A stretch of DNA of 64,000 nt from Thermodesulfobacteriota bacterium (GTDB taxonomy: Bacteria > Desulfobacterota_D > UBA1144 > Nemesobacterales > UBA2774): assembly GCA_965223335.1 (NCBI GenBank), contig OZ244991.1, forward strand, positions 2,560,001-2,624,000. Direction: 5' to 3'. Shown piece after piece: positions 38,394 to 48,483 of the stretch (within the stretch, counting starts at the first letter, position 1; each line of letters starts with the position of its first letter). The position numbers were made by a program, and so were the translations under genes. The notes beneath the pieces were generated by a model, which saw only the letters and a program-made list of their open reading frames with translations, did no database searches and was not told where the DNA came from.

Positions 38394-40556
38394 TCAGTGG
38401 TAATAATAACGCAGACTCGCTAAGACGTTAAATGGTGCCCCGGGCACTATAAACACCCTGGACTCAGAATTCACAAAGTATCTTTCATCTGTAATGTTTC
38501 TAAAATGCACAGATGCCTCAAAATTGCCAATCTGTTCTATAGACCTATTATAATAAATCGCAGCATCTAGCCTTATGAAGCTGCCCAAAGTAAAAGTATT
38601 CTCTAAGTCCCCTTGCCTATTGCTCTGTGTGATGGCACCAAACCCAAGCCCTGCACCCTCCAAGATCCCCTTACTAAAGAAATAAGTTGTCCATAAACTT
38701 GCCGAGTTCTTAGGCACACCAGGCAGTTCGTTCCCCTCCTGGAAAAAATCGTCTTTCAGCACCTTTGTATCAATGTAAGCGTAATTGGCCAATAGATTCC
38801 ATTCAGGTGTGATTTGAGCAGTAACATTAACTTCGACTCCACGGCTTCTGGCTTTATCAACCTGTATCCCGAAAAAAAACGGGTTTAATGGATCTGCTAC
38901 AATAAAATTTTTATTGATTAGCCAGAAATACGAAACTGTTGAAAATATCCGATTATCTAAGAGGTTGAATTTCAATCCAGCTTCGAGCTGAGTGCTTCTC
39001 TGTGGGTCAAATATTTTTCCGTCTACGCTTACCCCAGTCCTTGCAGTGAGGTTAAAACCCTGCACGAAACTGCCATATGCCGATACCTCGGGCGTAACTC
39101 TATACAAGACACCCAGACGCGGGCTAAATTTTGAATCTGTCTTCTTTGCGTTGAAACCCTCTGGAAATCTTGAATCTTCATTATCAACATCCTGGTCAAT
39201 CAAATCATATCTCACACCCGCAAGAATATACAATCTATCAAACAGCGTGATCTGGTCTTGTACGTATATGCCCAGATTATTTATCTTTCCGAATCTGTTT
39301 ATTGATAAAAGTAGCGGTGGATCAGGGGGGCCCTCACCATAAACCGGATCCAAAATATCTATTGGGTTTGATTCCAGCGTATCATTGAAACTATCAAAGT
39401 TTTCCCTAATAAACTCTACGCCAAACAGAGCTTTATTGGGCACCGACCCTATATCAAAGTTTACAATCAAATCATTCTGCGATGTATAGATATCATCATC
39501 TAATTCATATTGGATTATGTTTCTTAACAGTGTTCGATTATCAGGCAGTAAAAATGCTGATAAGTGATCGTCCATATGAATCTGGACCTTGTAATACCTA
39601 AATGAATTTCGAAGCTTAATATTATCGGTTATCTGCGACTCTAATGTGATCCGAGCCGAGTATTTTTCCAAGTTACTTTCATCGGTTGGCTCAGCCAGGT
39701 TCCTACTGATTGGAATATTCGCAACCTTATCACCCACAGCCACAAGTCCCTCGTCAACCATTCGAGAAGCGTAGAGATATTCACCATCAAAACTCAGTTT
39801 TACCTTTGGTGTTAAATACCAAGCTAAAACAGGCGACACAAACACACGCTCATCTTTAATAAAATCCCTGAAACTGTTCGAGTTCAAATACGATCCGTTT
39901 AAACGACCCAGTAGTGATCTATCCTCCAACAATGGGCCCGTTATATCCAACGAAGTTCTAAATAAATCGTAACTCCCGTGAAATATATCAGGGGCTATAT
40001 ATAGATCCGGGAGAGGTTGTTTGGTGATTAAATTTATCACACCCCCTGCTGATATGTTCCCATACAATATAGATTCTGGCCCCTGCACAACCTCTAATCG
40101 TTGTACGTTAGTTAGTACTGCCTCCGAGATATTCCCAGCGATAAAACTACTTGGCTTAAATCCGTCTCTCAGAATTTCAGCCATAAATCCCCTTAATAAA
40201 TATGGGATCGTTGTATGCTCTGCAGGTACTGCACCTGGTATATTATAAAATACATCTATTAAACGAATAGCAGCCTGGTCATTAAGTAGCTCTCGATCTA
40301 GAACTTGTACTGACTGGGGAGTATCCTGTACCGGGGTTTCAGTCTTAGTAGCTGTCGAAGCATCCTCGACAATGTAGCTTTTTTCTATTGGCTCATCCGT
40401 TACCACTATAGGCTCAAGTTCCTTTGCACTCTCTTCACCTTGGCCTAAACACACACTTGTCTGCCATATACTAATTACTAATACAAAAACCAATACGCTA
40501 AATAATATTGATGACACCGATTCATATAACAGACAAGAATAGCCTCTCATTTCCAT
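38394..40556 (-). CDS. TonB-dependent (siderophore-type) receptor
   Basis: TonB box EPIVVT; TATKTETP..DTPQSVQV; RLEVVQGPESILYG..AGGVINLITKQP; C-terminal PGAP..aromatic strand. Confidence 0.93.
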   Translation of the reverse strand: MEMRGYSCLLYESVSSILFSVLVFVLVISIWQTSVCLGQGEESAKELEPIVVTDEPIEKSYIVEDASTATKTETPVQDTPQSVQVLDRELLNDQAAIRLIDVFYNIPGAVPAEHTTIPYLLRGFMAEILRDGFKPSSFIAGNISEAVLTNVQRLEVVQGPESILYGNISAGGVINLITKQPLPDLYIAPDIFHGSYDLFRTSLDITGPLLEDRSLLGRLNGSYLNSNSFRDFIKDERVFVSPVLAWYLTPKVKLSFDGEYLYASRMVDEGLVAVGDKVANIPISRNLAEPTDESNLEKYSARITLESQITDNIKLRNSFRYYKVQIHMDDHLSAFLLPDNRTLLRNIIQYELDDDIYTSQNDLIVNFDIGSVPNKALFGVEFIRENFDSFNDTLESNPIDILDPVYGEGPPDPPLLLSINRFGKINNLGIYVQDQITLFDRLYILAGVRYDLIDQDVDNEDSRFPEGFNAKKTDSKFSPRLGVLYRVTPEVSAYGSFVQGFNLTARTGVSVDGKIFDPQRSTQLEAGLKFNLLDNRIFSTVSYFWLINKNFIVADPLNPFFFGIQVDKARSRGVEVNVTAQITPEWNLLANYAYIDTKVLKDDFFQEGNELPGVPKNSASLWTTYFFSKGILEGAGLGFGAITQSNRQGDLENTFTLGSFIRLDAAIYYNRSIEQIGNFEASVHFRNITDERYFVNSESRVFIVPGAPFNVLASLRYYYH

Positions 40557-40630
40557 ACCTCACCTCTGTTGTTACTACCCTCAATCACCCGCTTACAAAA
40601 TGGAAAACTAAATGTATCAATACCAAACAA

Positions 40631-43600
40631 TCAAAGCAGGCTTTCGAGTAATTTCTGTCCTTCTATCACATCTCTCATGTTGCTATCACTACTGAACGAA
40701 TTTAGTATCTCAGCAAGCGGCAATTTGCCCGTTTCTGATTTGTTTTGTTTATCCCACAGACGGCATAGTGATAACGTAGTGCGCAATTCCCAGAGCTTTG
40801 CCTGTTGTTTATGTGCAACCTCCAACGATTTCATGAAACACTTTTCTGCTTCATCCTCATCCGACATCTTTATTAGAACCTCACCTTTGTGCCTATATAG
40901 CTCAGCTTCATAGCACCTATCTCCATAGTTATCTACGGCTTTTAATCCATTATTAATATGTTCTAGTGCAACACTTTGCTCGCCACAAAGATCATAAATC
41001 TGGGCAAGCAAACTATAACTAAAAGCCAAGTATAATTTGGTCCCTATAAAGTTGAACATCTCAAAACCTTTATTATAAGTCTCGAGCCCTGCATGTGTAT
41101 CGCCAAGACATGCTTGCGAATATCCGTGAAACATAGTATTGGTCGCTAGAAACAGTGGGAAATCATATGGCTGCTGTTCATCGATTATCTGTTTAGAGTC
41201 TTTATGTAATGATTCAAAATCACCCATAATATATGGCATGAATAACGACACACTTTTTGCAAACACAATATTATAGGGATGCTTGGTCCTATAGGCTATC
41301 TCAATTGATTCCTTACCCCATTCAGCTCCTTTTTCAGGATCACCTAAGATTAAGTGAGACACCATACAAACCGCTAAAGCTGATACTGTTGGGTCTGCAC
41401 CAACTCTCACAATTGGAGGTTCTTTCTGTGAGTCGTAAATTTCACGCAATTTCTCTACATAGTCCAAAGCAATTTTGTGATAGCCCCCGAAGTGATAAGT
41501 TAAACCTGCTGCTTGATATGCTCCAATTAAAAGGAACGGAATACCTTCATTCTCAGCAACTTTGACCAACTGTTGAGCTAGCTCTACAGCTTCACGGGCT
41601 TTTCCGGTGAACGAGTAGTAGAGCCACAAACCATGTAGGATCCGATAGTGCTCGGAACTCTCTATTTTTGTTTCGAGATTCTGTCGTATTTCATTAGCTA
41701 TTGAATATTGATTTTCTATTTCCTCCGAGGCATAACCCCTTATATCAATCAGAGCTCCCCCTAAAGAGGTTCGATATGCTATTTCTTGGAATGCCTTTTC
41801 GTCCGACTCAGGAAAGAAGCTCAATAGATCTAGCCCCTTGTTATAATGTGTAATTCCTTCAGTGTAAGCCGCAGATTCAATTGATTTCTGTCCTGCTTTC
41901 TGCCAATACTCAACTGCCTTGTTCATTATCCCGGCTTCTGTGTATTGGTGGGCAACAAGCTCGGGTCTGCTCTCTACTTGATCAGGAAATTTACTCTCGA
42001 GAACCTCTGCTATAGACCGATGATAATCCTTTCTCTTGCTCCTCAAAATTGATTCATACGCTGCGTCCCGAATAAGAGCGTGTTTAAACTCATAGTTCAC
42101 ATATAAAGGCATGTCGTATCTGTATAGCAAGCCTGCATCTACTAGCTTACTCAGTTTGTTTTGCAATGTTTGGGCATCTGATTCATATACCTCATTTATC
42201 AGCTCATACGAAAACTCTCGACCTATCGACGATCCCAGTTGGGCTACATCTTTAGCGGCCGATTGATTATCTATTCTCTGCATCAGCAAATCTTTTAGAG
42301 TCAGAGGCAAGTGTATTGTGTCTATGTGTTCTGCGATATCGTATCTATCCTCGAACTCTTGAACCACTCCCGATTCCACTAGGGTGTTTGTCAACTCCTC
42401 TATATATAGCGGCACACCATCCGACTTATCTATGAGCATTTTCATAATCTCATCCGGAAAGTCTTTATCGTTTAGAGCAGTACGTACCATCTGCTCTGAT
42501 TGATGATCCTGAAATCGTTCGAGTATTAGATCAGTGATAGAGCCTTCAGGTTCCCAGTCAGGTTCAGTCTCAGTACGTGTACTATAAAGAATCATTGCAG
42601 GGTAAGAATCCTCGGCACTTATTAACAAATTCAGGAATTCCAACGTGGATGGGTCAGCCCAGTGAATATCCTCAACAATAAACAGCAACCTCTCTTTGCC
42701 GGCAACTCTCTTAAGCAAATCGCTCAAAACCTCAAATGTCTTTTTTCTTTGCCGAACAGGGCTCAAGGCCAATGGTGGGTACTTTTCCGATGGTGCAACA
42801 GATAAAAGGGAGGTAAATAGTGGCACAGCTTCACTTAGATCAAACTCATATAGATCCAAGAAATTTTCCATCTTTGTAAGCTTCGTAGTATCTTCATCCG
42901 AGTTAGTAAACTCCAAATATTGTTCGAAGTAATTAATCACTGGGTAAAGAGAGCTGTTTTGAAAATAGGGTGAACACTGCAGCCCTACAATTCTAATTCC
43001 ATCCGATAATACCCTGTCTTTAAGTTCACGAATCAGCCGCGACTTACCAATCCCCACCTCCCCTTTTAACGACACTACGCGCTTTTTCCCACTTTCTACC
43101 AACCGCCACTCATCCAATAAGTTGTTTAACTGTGCATCCCTGCCTACAAACGGACTGAGTCCCTTGATCGCTTTAGCCTCAAACCTGTCAGGTGCACCAC
43201 TCAAGCTATCTACTTGATATAGCACAATAGGATCCCTAAGCCCCTTAAACTCATGAGAACCCAACGAGCTGACCTCGAAATATCCCTCGACAATCTTGAG
43301 AGTATCCGAACTTATAACAACTGTATTTGGTTCACTAACCTGTTGTAACCTAGAAGCTATATTTGGGGTATCGCCAAGAGCTAAATGCTCACTCTTTCCC
43401 CTCTTACCAACCTCCCCTACCATTACAGGACCACTGTGTATCCCTATTCGAATCTCAAGTGGTGTATGCTCAAGCATCTCAACACTATTCGACAACTGAG
43501 AACTTAGAATTCCGATCTCTTTTATTATTTCCTCAGCGGCATAGATTGCCCTTTGTGCATCATCCTCATGTGCCTTTGGATAACCATAATAAACCACTAT

Positions 43601-43891
43601 ACCGTCACCAAGGTACTGAGCAATGTGGCCATCGAACCGTTGTATAACCCGTGCAGTCATCTCTTGATACTTCCGGATCAGGTCGTGGAACTGTTCCGGG
43701 TCCATACCCGTGGATATCTGGGTCGAGTTCACCAAATCACAAAACATCACTGTTATCTGACGGCGCTCCGACTCTCTTGCGGAATGGTCATCTGGAACAA
43801 CGGATTGATCTGTTAAAGAGAGTCCACATTCCCCGCAATACTTAAATCCCGCAGGATTCTCAAACCTGCATCTTGGACACCGCATCTCCAC
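40631..43891 (-). CDS. Zinc ribbon - class III adenylate/guanylate cyclase - AAA ATPase - TPR (STAND-type) protein
   Basis: CPRC/CGEC; VMFCDLVNST, YLGDG, RIGIHSG, GDTPNIASRLQ; GEVGIGKS; EDIHWAD; FKHALIRDAAY. Confidence 0.93.
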   Translation of the reverse strand: MEMRCPRCRFENPAGFKYCGECGLSLTDQSVVPDDHSARESERRQITVMFCDLVNSTQISTGMDPEQFHDLIRKYQEMTARVIQRFDGHIAQYLGDGIVVYYGYPKAHEDDAQRAIYAAEEIIKEIGILSSQLSNSVEMLEHTPLEIRIGIHSGPVMVGEVGKRGKSEHLALGDTPNIASRLQQVSEPNTVVISSDTLKIVEGYFEVSSLGSHEFKGLRDPIVLYQVDSLSGAPDRFEAKAIKGLSPFVGRDAQLNNLLDEWRLVESGKKRVVSLKGEVGIGKSRLIRELKDRVLSDGIRIVGLQCSPYFQNSSLYPVINYFEQYLEFTNSDEDTTKLTKMENFLDLYEFDLSEAVPLFTSLLSVAPSEKYPPLALSPVRQRKKTFEVLSDLLKRVAGKERLLFIVEDIHWADPSTLEFLNLLISAEDSYPAMILYSTRTETEPDWEPEGSITDLILERFQDHQSEQMVRTALNDKDFPDEIMKMLIDKSDGVPLYIEELTNTLVESGVVQEFEDRYDIAEHIDTIHLPLTLKDLLMQRIDNQSAAKDVAQLGSSIGREFSYELINEVYESDAQTLQNKLSKLVDAGLLYRYDMPLYVNYEFKHALIRDAAYESILRSKRKDYHRSIAEVLESKFPDQVESRPELVAHQYTEAGIMNKAVEYWQKAGQKSIESAAYTEGITHYNKGLDLLSFFPESDEKAFQEIAYRTSLGGALIDIRGYASEEIENQYSIANEIRQNLETKIESSEHYRILHGLWLYYSFTGKAREAVELAQQLVKVAENEGIPFLLIGAYQAAGLTYHFGGYHKIALDYVEKLREIYDSQKEPPIVRVGADPTVSALAVCMVSHLILGDPEKGAEWGKESIEIAYRTKHPYNIVFAKSVSLFMPYIMGDFESLHKDSKQIIDEQQPYDFPLFLATNTMFHGYSQACLGDTHAGLETYNKGFEMFNFIGTKLYLAFSYSLLAQIYDLCGEQSVALEHINNGLKAVDNYGDRCYEAELYRHKGEVLIKMSDEDEAEKCFMKSLEVAHKQQAKLWELRTTLSLCRLWDKQNKSETGKLPLAEILNSFSSDSNMRDVIEGQKLLESLL

Positions 43892-44140
43892 ACCCCTAAC
43901 TAGAAATGATTACAAACCCATTATAGTTAACTAAATTTAAAATAACAAGATATACATTTAATACTAGATATAGATAAATGTAGTTTGATCTGCGAAACAC
44001 CTTTACTACATTTACTTAAGATGCATAGATGAAAATATAGTTGAAGTAGACAAGAACATTTAGTTCAGAGATATTGTTTGAGCGAAATACAACCCTAGAA
44101 ATACAAGCGAATTTATTAGTCTATTATAGTTTGTAAAATA

Positions 44141-44219
44141 TGGGGTGGGTGACCGGACTTGAACCGGCGGCCTCTGGGGCCACAACCCAGTGCTCTAACC
44201 AGGCTGAGCTACACCCACC
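44141..44219 (-). tRNA. tRNA-His(GTG)
   Basis: Cloverleaf with G-1, acceptor GTGGGTG/CACCCAC, anticodon arm CTGGG-TT-GTG-GC-CCCAG, TTCAAGT, encoded CCA. Confidence 0.97.
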
Positions 44220-44514
44220 ATTGAACTTTCGCTTAAGATAGGAGAACAAATATTACCATCTTAGTAGATCAGAAACAAATATTTTCACAGCCATTCCGTC
44301 TTTACCCCAAGCAACATCATTAAATGTGATATTAGTTCAACTTATGATATATAACCCTACTATTTTTATAGTGTTTTTTTTAGAAAGTTAAAAATACCCT
44401 TTTCAACATCCAGAAATTATGCAAGAATATATGTAGAGGTTTCAAATTATTGGTTCTAGATCTATACAATCATTTTGTATCTAGACATTAATAAATTGAG
44501 AGTGGGAATACAGA

Positions 44515-45051
44515 ATGCATATTCACAATGATTTTTCACCTACACAACGGGCCAGATATTACCCTTCTACACGTTGCCTGGAGTTAATAGGAAATAAGGG
44601 TATTGAAGCGGAACTGATCTGCCATCCATTGAGTGAGAGTTCCAACCCTAATAGCAAAACATCTGAAGATGATAGAAAGCGCACCGGCACAATCACAAGG
44701 ATACTACTGGTAGAAGATGATCCTGGTATTGCCAAACTGCTAAGAGTCGTATTGGAACAAAACGGTTACGAGGTCATCTGCCTTGGGGATGCCGACGAGG
44801 CCAATAGTCTCATATCCAAAGAAGAGTTTGACCTCATTGTGACCGATATTCAGCTACCATCTACTTTAAATGGTATAGAGCTAAGCTTAAATGCCAAGAA
44901 ATTAAACCCGAATCAAAAAATAATACTGATCTCGGGATTAACCAGCCAGACCGAGGTCGAGAAACACCAAGAACTTCGCTCTAGCGACGTAGCCTTCTTT
45001 GCAAAACCCTTTACATTCACCGATGTCGTAGACCACATCAACAAACTTTAA
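44515..45051 (+). CDS. Response-regulator receiver domain protein (start uncertain)
   Basis: RILLVEDD, DLIVTDIQLP, NGIEL, IILISG, AKPF. Confidence 0.85.
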   Translation: MHIHNDFSPTQRARYYPSTRCLELIGNKGIEAELICHPLSESSNPNSKTSEDDRKRTGTITRILLVEDDPGIAKLLRVVLEQNGYEVICLGDADEANSLISKEEFDLIVTDIQLPSTLNGIELSLNAKKLNPNQKIILISGLTSQTEVEKHQELRSSDVAFFAKPFTFTDVVDHINKL

Positions 45052-45182
45052 TAAATTCAACTGCATTATAGATCACCCAAACCTTAATCCCATTTCCGTA
45101 TATCGTTTTTCCATCCGCTATTAATATCGAACCATTTTGAATCCTGTAGTTACTTACCTGATAAAGATCAGGAGGTAGCATC

Positions 45183-45833
45183 ATGGATTGTAAATCAAAC
45201 AAATCGGTAAGAGTTAACAAACCTGTATCATTTTTAATCTTTTTTGCCATATTTACGGCAATCCTCATATCGCTAGGTTCCCAAGCCTCTCATGCCGAGA
45301 TCACTCGCGGTTGTGAGGGGAATTTTATACTGGAGATTGTCAACCGCTCAGGCGATACACTCAAAAACCTAGATCAGTTTGAAGGACGTGGTGCATGTAA
45401 GAACACCGCCCACGCCAATACATGCCGTAAACGTGCAATGGACAATATCTTTCGTTGCGCCAACGACATATGGACCTATCGCTGGAACCTAATCGGTGAT
45501 CCCAAGGATAACAATACAGATATGATATTGCCGGCTATATGCAGGGGCGACAAAACAGGTGCCAGGAAAGTGGGATTCAAGACAAACCCTCACGGTAAAG
45601 GCACAGACATCAAACACGCCATGGAGTACTACGCATGCTGTAAAATGCAGCCGGGTGCTGGCACACTTATTCTAAAACTTGATGTCGTATCTACCGGCGA
45701 CAAAGGTTGTGGCAAAAACTACAACAAACTAGGGCGGTTCTATCATGAAAGAAGAACGCTCATAGATGATTACAAAGCCAGTTGCCCTGCAGTAATTAAA
45801 AGCGGCATTTGCGCAGTACGCACAGGTGGATAA
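45183..45833 (+). CDS. Secreted Cys-rich hypothetical protein
   Basis: Signal peptide ending ASHA; about ten Cys. Confidence 0.75.
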   Translation: MDCKSNKSVRVNKPVSFLIFFAIFTAILISLGSQASHAEITRGCEGNFILEIVNRSGDTLKNLDQFEGRGACKNTAHANTCRKRAMDNIFRCANDIWTYRWNLIGDPKDNNTDMILPAICRGDKTGARKVGFKTNPHGKGTDIKHAMEYYACCKMQPGAGTLILKLDVVSTGDKGCGKNYNKLGRFYHERRTLIDDYKASCPAVIKSGICAVRTGG

Positions 45834-45867
45834 TACGAAACTGCATCAACAACATAAAATAAAACAC

Positions 45868-45901
45868 CCAGGGTGCGTAAATAATAATTCATGCGCCCTG
45901 G
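45868..45901 (+). terminator. Hairpin after the secreted-protein gene, facing tRNA-Arg
   Basis: CCAGGGTGCGT...ATGCGCCCTGG, 11-bp stem with two G-U pairs; weak U-tract. Confidence 0.45.
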
Positions 45902-45979
45902 ATATTAATCAGTGAGTAGACACTAAATGGTAAATGAGAGTTTAGATATTAGAATGTGAATATTGTGTTTAATAATAAA

Positions 45980-46056
<77 letters not shown>

Positions 46057-46195
46057 ATATACTCAAAGAATTCAACAGTTGAAACACCTTAATGACACCT
46101 AAAAGGAACGTAAATATTACCTAAACGGCCCCCTACTAGCAACTCCATATTGTTTGTATACATTGGTAAATATTCGCTCTGCCACTAAAACTATA

Positions 46196-46224
46196 TTGAC
46201 TTTGAACCGCCGAATTTTTATAAT
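46196..46224 (+). promoter_or_regulatory. Near-consensus sigma70 promoter
   Basis: TTGACT-17 nt-TATAAT. Confidence 0.75.
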
Positions 46225-46230
46225 ATAAAT

Positions 46231-46390
46231 AGAGGTGAGAACATGGCAAAAGGAGCGGATAGTCCACCAGACAATTAATGCTTCATTTTGGATGTTTTTC
46301 AAATCTGCGGTGATTTATGACCGCACTAAAATAGCTGATCGCTATTAAAATAAACGAAAACAACAAAGGGAGCTCAGTGAGCTCCCTTTT
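46231..46390 (+). ncRNA. Candidate ~160-nt small RNA or attenuator leader
   Basis: Bounded by consensus promoter and strong intrinsic terminator; only an 11-codon ORF; two small internal hairpins. Confidence 0.45.
46365..46390 (+). terminator. Intrinsic terminator
   Basis: AAAGGGAGCTC-AGT-GAGCTCCCTTTT followed by CATATTTT. Confidence 0.8.
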
Positions 46391-46520
46391 CATATTTTAT
46401 AGTTCTTTCACTCTACAATTAAAATATTCAAACACTAGTAAGTTGTATTCTTCCTACCAAATTTACTCAATTGAGACACCTTAATGGACTATCTTTAATC
46501 TTATAGTTATCATCTAAAAT

Positions 46521-47234
46521 ATGCATAAATCAACCGAGGTTGAGATTCAAAAGCAATATTATTTGGACACCGCAAACACATACGATAGCGCCCATTTAAA
46601 TCAACAAGACGAACACTACTTTGCTCTGTCTATAATGTTGGGAGCCCTTGACTACATAGGTGTTAATTCAATTCTCGACATAGGATCAGGAACCGGTCGG
46701 GCACTAGTCTACTTAATGCAAAATAAGCCAGAGCTTGAAACATTGGGTATCGAACCAGTAAAGGAGCTACGTGAAATAGGTTACTCCAAAGGCATCTCAC
46801 CTAATCGACTAATCGAAGGAGATGCTACAGATCTCGCCTTCGAAGACAACCAATTTGATCTTGTGTGCGAGTTCGGGGTGCTCCATCATATCAAAAACTC
46901 AGACATTGCAGTTTCCGAGATGTTAAGAGTTGCAAAGAAAGCAGTATTCATATCCGATTCCAATAATTTCGGCCAAGGTTCCAAAATTATAAGATTTATC
47001 AAACAATCACTCAATCTTATAGGTTTATGGCCTATTGCCGACTACATTAAAACACGTGGCAAAGGTTACACAATCTCAGAAGGTGACGGTTTATCCTATT
47101 CATATTCTGTATTTAACGACTTACCCATAATAAAACAGCACTGTAAGTCCGTTCATTTATTCAACACAAAAGGATCAGGCAGTAGCAACTTGTATAGAAC
47201 TGCCGGCCACGTAGCTATATTGGGCATCAAATAA
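46521..47234 (+). CDS. Class I SAM-dependent methyltransferase
   Basis: ILDIGSGTG, GIEP, EGDA..LAFEDNQFDLV, VLHH, EMLRVA. Confidence 0.9.
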   Translation: MHKSTEVEIQKQYYLDTANTYDSAHLNQQDEHYFALSIMLGALDYIGVNSILDIGSGTGRALVYLMQNKPELETLGIEPVKELREIGYSKGISPNRLIEGDATDLAFEDNQFDLVCEFGVLHHIKNSDIAVSEMLRVAKKAVFISDSNNFGQGSKIIRFIKQSLNLIGLWPIADYIKTRGKGYTISEGDGLSYSYSVFNDLPIIKQHCKSVHLFNTKGSGSSNLYRTAGHVAILGIK

Positions 47235-47362
47235 CCATCAAGAATCAATAAATTTTGAATTCTTACAACAAGATGGCGTGTCTAACCGAGACGACATACC
47301 CCCCGTTCATTACACTTTTATTGAAAGGTACTAATAATGATGTAATAATTTGAGTCCTATAG

Positions 47363-47833
47363 ATGCAAGAAACTAAATCCTTCCCCAACGACAATAACGA
47401 AACCCTTAAATCGGTCCAAAGAAGTTTCCGCAATACCCTCCTTGGCTACCTGTTTATATACCCTCGCGAGCGCTACATCAGGGCATCGGAGCTGATCGGT
47501 GTAGATACAGATTTGCGTGCTAAAATTGAGGGCATTGAAAGCGTTGATCCCGATATATTGGGCGGGGCATATGATCTGATTGCAGCTTATTATCGCTACT
47601 CTACTGACCAAGGCGGGCAGATACCTCTTTTTATAGAGGGCGAGAGTTACGAAGAAGACCTGGTGGAAAGCTGGTGCGAGCATTTTCACCGCGAAGCCAA
47701 ACGCCTAGCCGACAACGACCCCATTGCAAAATCCATACTCGGAGCCGTGGCCTACAGAGACACAGATAAAGGTGCTGAAGCCAAAAACCACCTCAGTGAT
47801 TTGCTAGAGGACTGGTACGGGGATATGCGATAG
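47363..47833 (+). CDS. Hypothetical protein
   Basis: 156-aa ORF, helical character; no family recognised. Confidence 0.65.
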   Translation: MQETKSFPNDNNETLKSVQRSFRNTLLGYLFIYPRERYIRASELIGVDTDLRAKIEGIESVDPDILGGAYDLIAAYYRYSTDQGGQIPLFIEGESYEEDLVESWCEHFHREAKRLADNDPIAKSILGAVAYRDTDKGAEAKNHLSDLLEDWYGDMR

Positions 47834-47939
47834 CACCCTATTGCAGCAATTCATAAATTTGCCCATTCCCAAAATAACAGTTGTTTCCCGATATTTTATG
47901 GTTAATCTTTAATTCATAAACAGTTAATGGAGATAAACC

Positions 47940-48413
47940 ATGAAAAAAACTACAACCATTACTATAACGGTACTAACTATAGTTGGATTAATAACCTTAG
48001 TTCCCGTATCCGAATCATTCAGCCTCGATACACCAACTGTCCAAATTGAACAGGGGGAAGAGCCCCTTGACCCAGCAAATGAGAGCCTAAACGAAGTATC
48101 CGAACCTGCTGGGGAACTCTCGGAGGAACCGGATAATGTAGCCCCGGAAACACTAAATGAGGTATCGGAACCCATAGGAGAAGAGGCCGAGAACGTAGGC
48201 CAAGATGTTGTGGCACCCGAGACTCTTGGGGAAGCATCCGAGACAGCCGATCAAGCCACTGAACCCCTCCAAGAAGATTCAGAAACAGTAGAACAAGCTA
48301 CAGAGGACCTGCCATCTCCACCGCTTGACGAAGAGACAGGATTTGAGAACGAGGAACCCGGACAATTGCCCCTTGGAGACCGCGAGGCCGAGGGACGCCC
48401 GATCGGGGAGTAA
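47940..48413 (+). CDS. Secreted acidic, low-complexity repeat protein
   Basis: GGAG RBS; signal peptide; repeats ESLNEVSEP / ETLNEVSEP / ETLGEASET; very Glu/Pro-rich. Confidence 0.75.
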   Translation: MKKTTTITITVLTIVGLITLVPVSESFSLDTPTVQIEQGEEPLDPANESLNEVSEPAGELSEEPDNVAPETLNEVSEPIGEEAENVGQDVVAPETLGEASETADQATEPLQEDSETVEQATEDLPSPPLDEETGFENEEPGQLPLGDREAEGRPIGE

Positions 48414-48483
48414 TCCTTACTCGGTGCATATCTAATGTATATGTGAATCAGAGTGGGTTTGATCTAAACTACCATGCCTAGGG

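Larger units (their letters stand above)
35486..44160. mobile_element. Degenerate genomic island integrated at tRNA-His (no intact integrase)
   Basis: Bounded by 24-bp direct repeats including the tRNA 3' end; accessory cargo; visibly AT-richer than the housekeeping genes at right. Confidence 0.75.

Noticed and set aside
46079..46486. 16-bp near-repeat TTGA(A/G)ACACCTTAATG at 46079 and 46471; TAATGACACCT resembles the 3' end of a fluoride riboswitch
   Set aside because: Only two copies with no associated mobile gene; the 5' GATGG..CGCC half of the fluoride motif is absent
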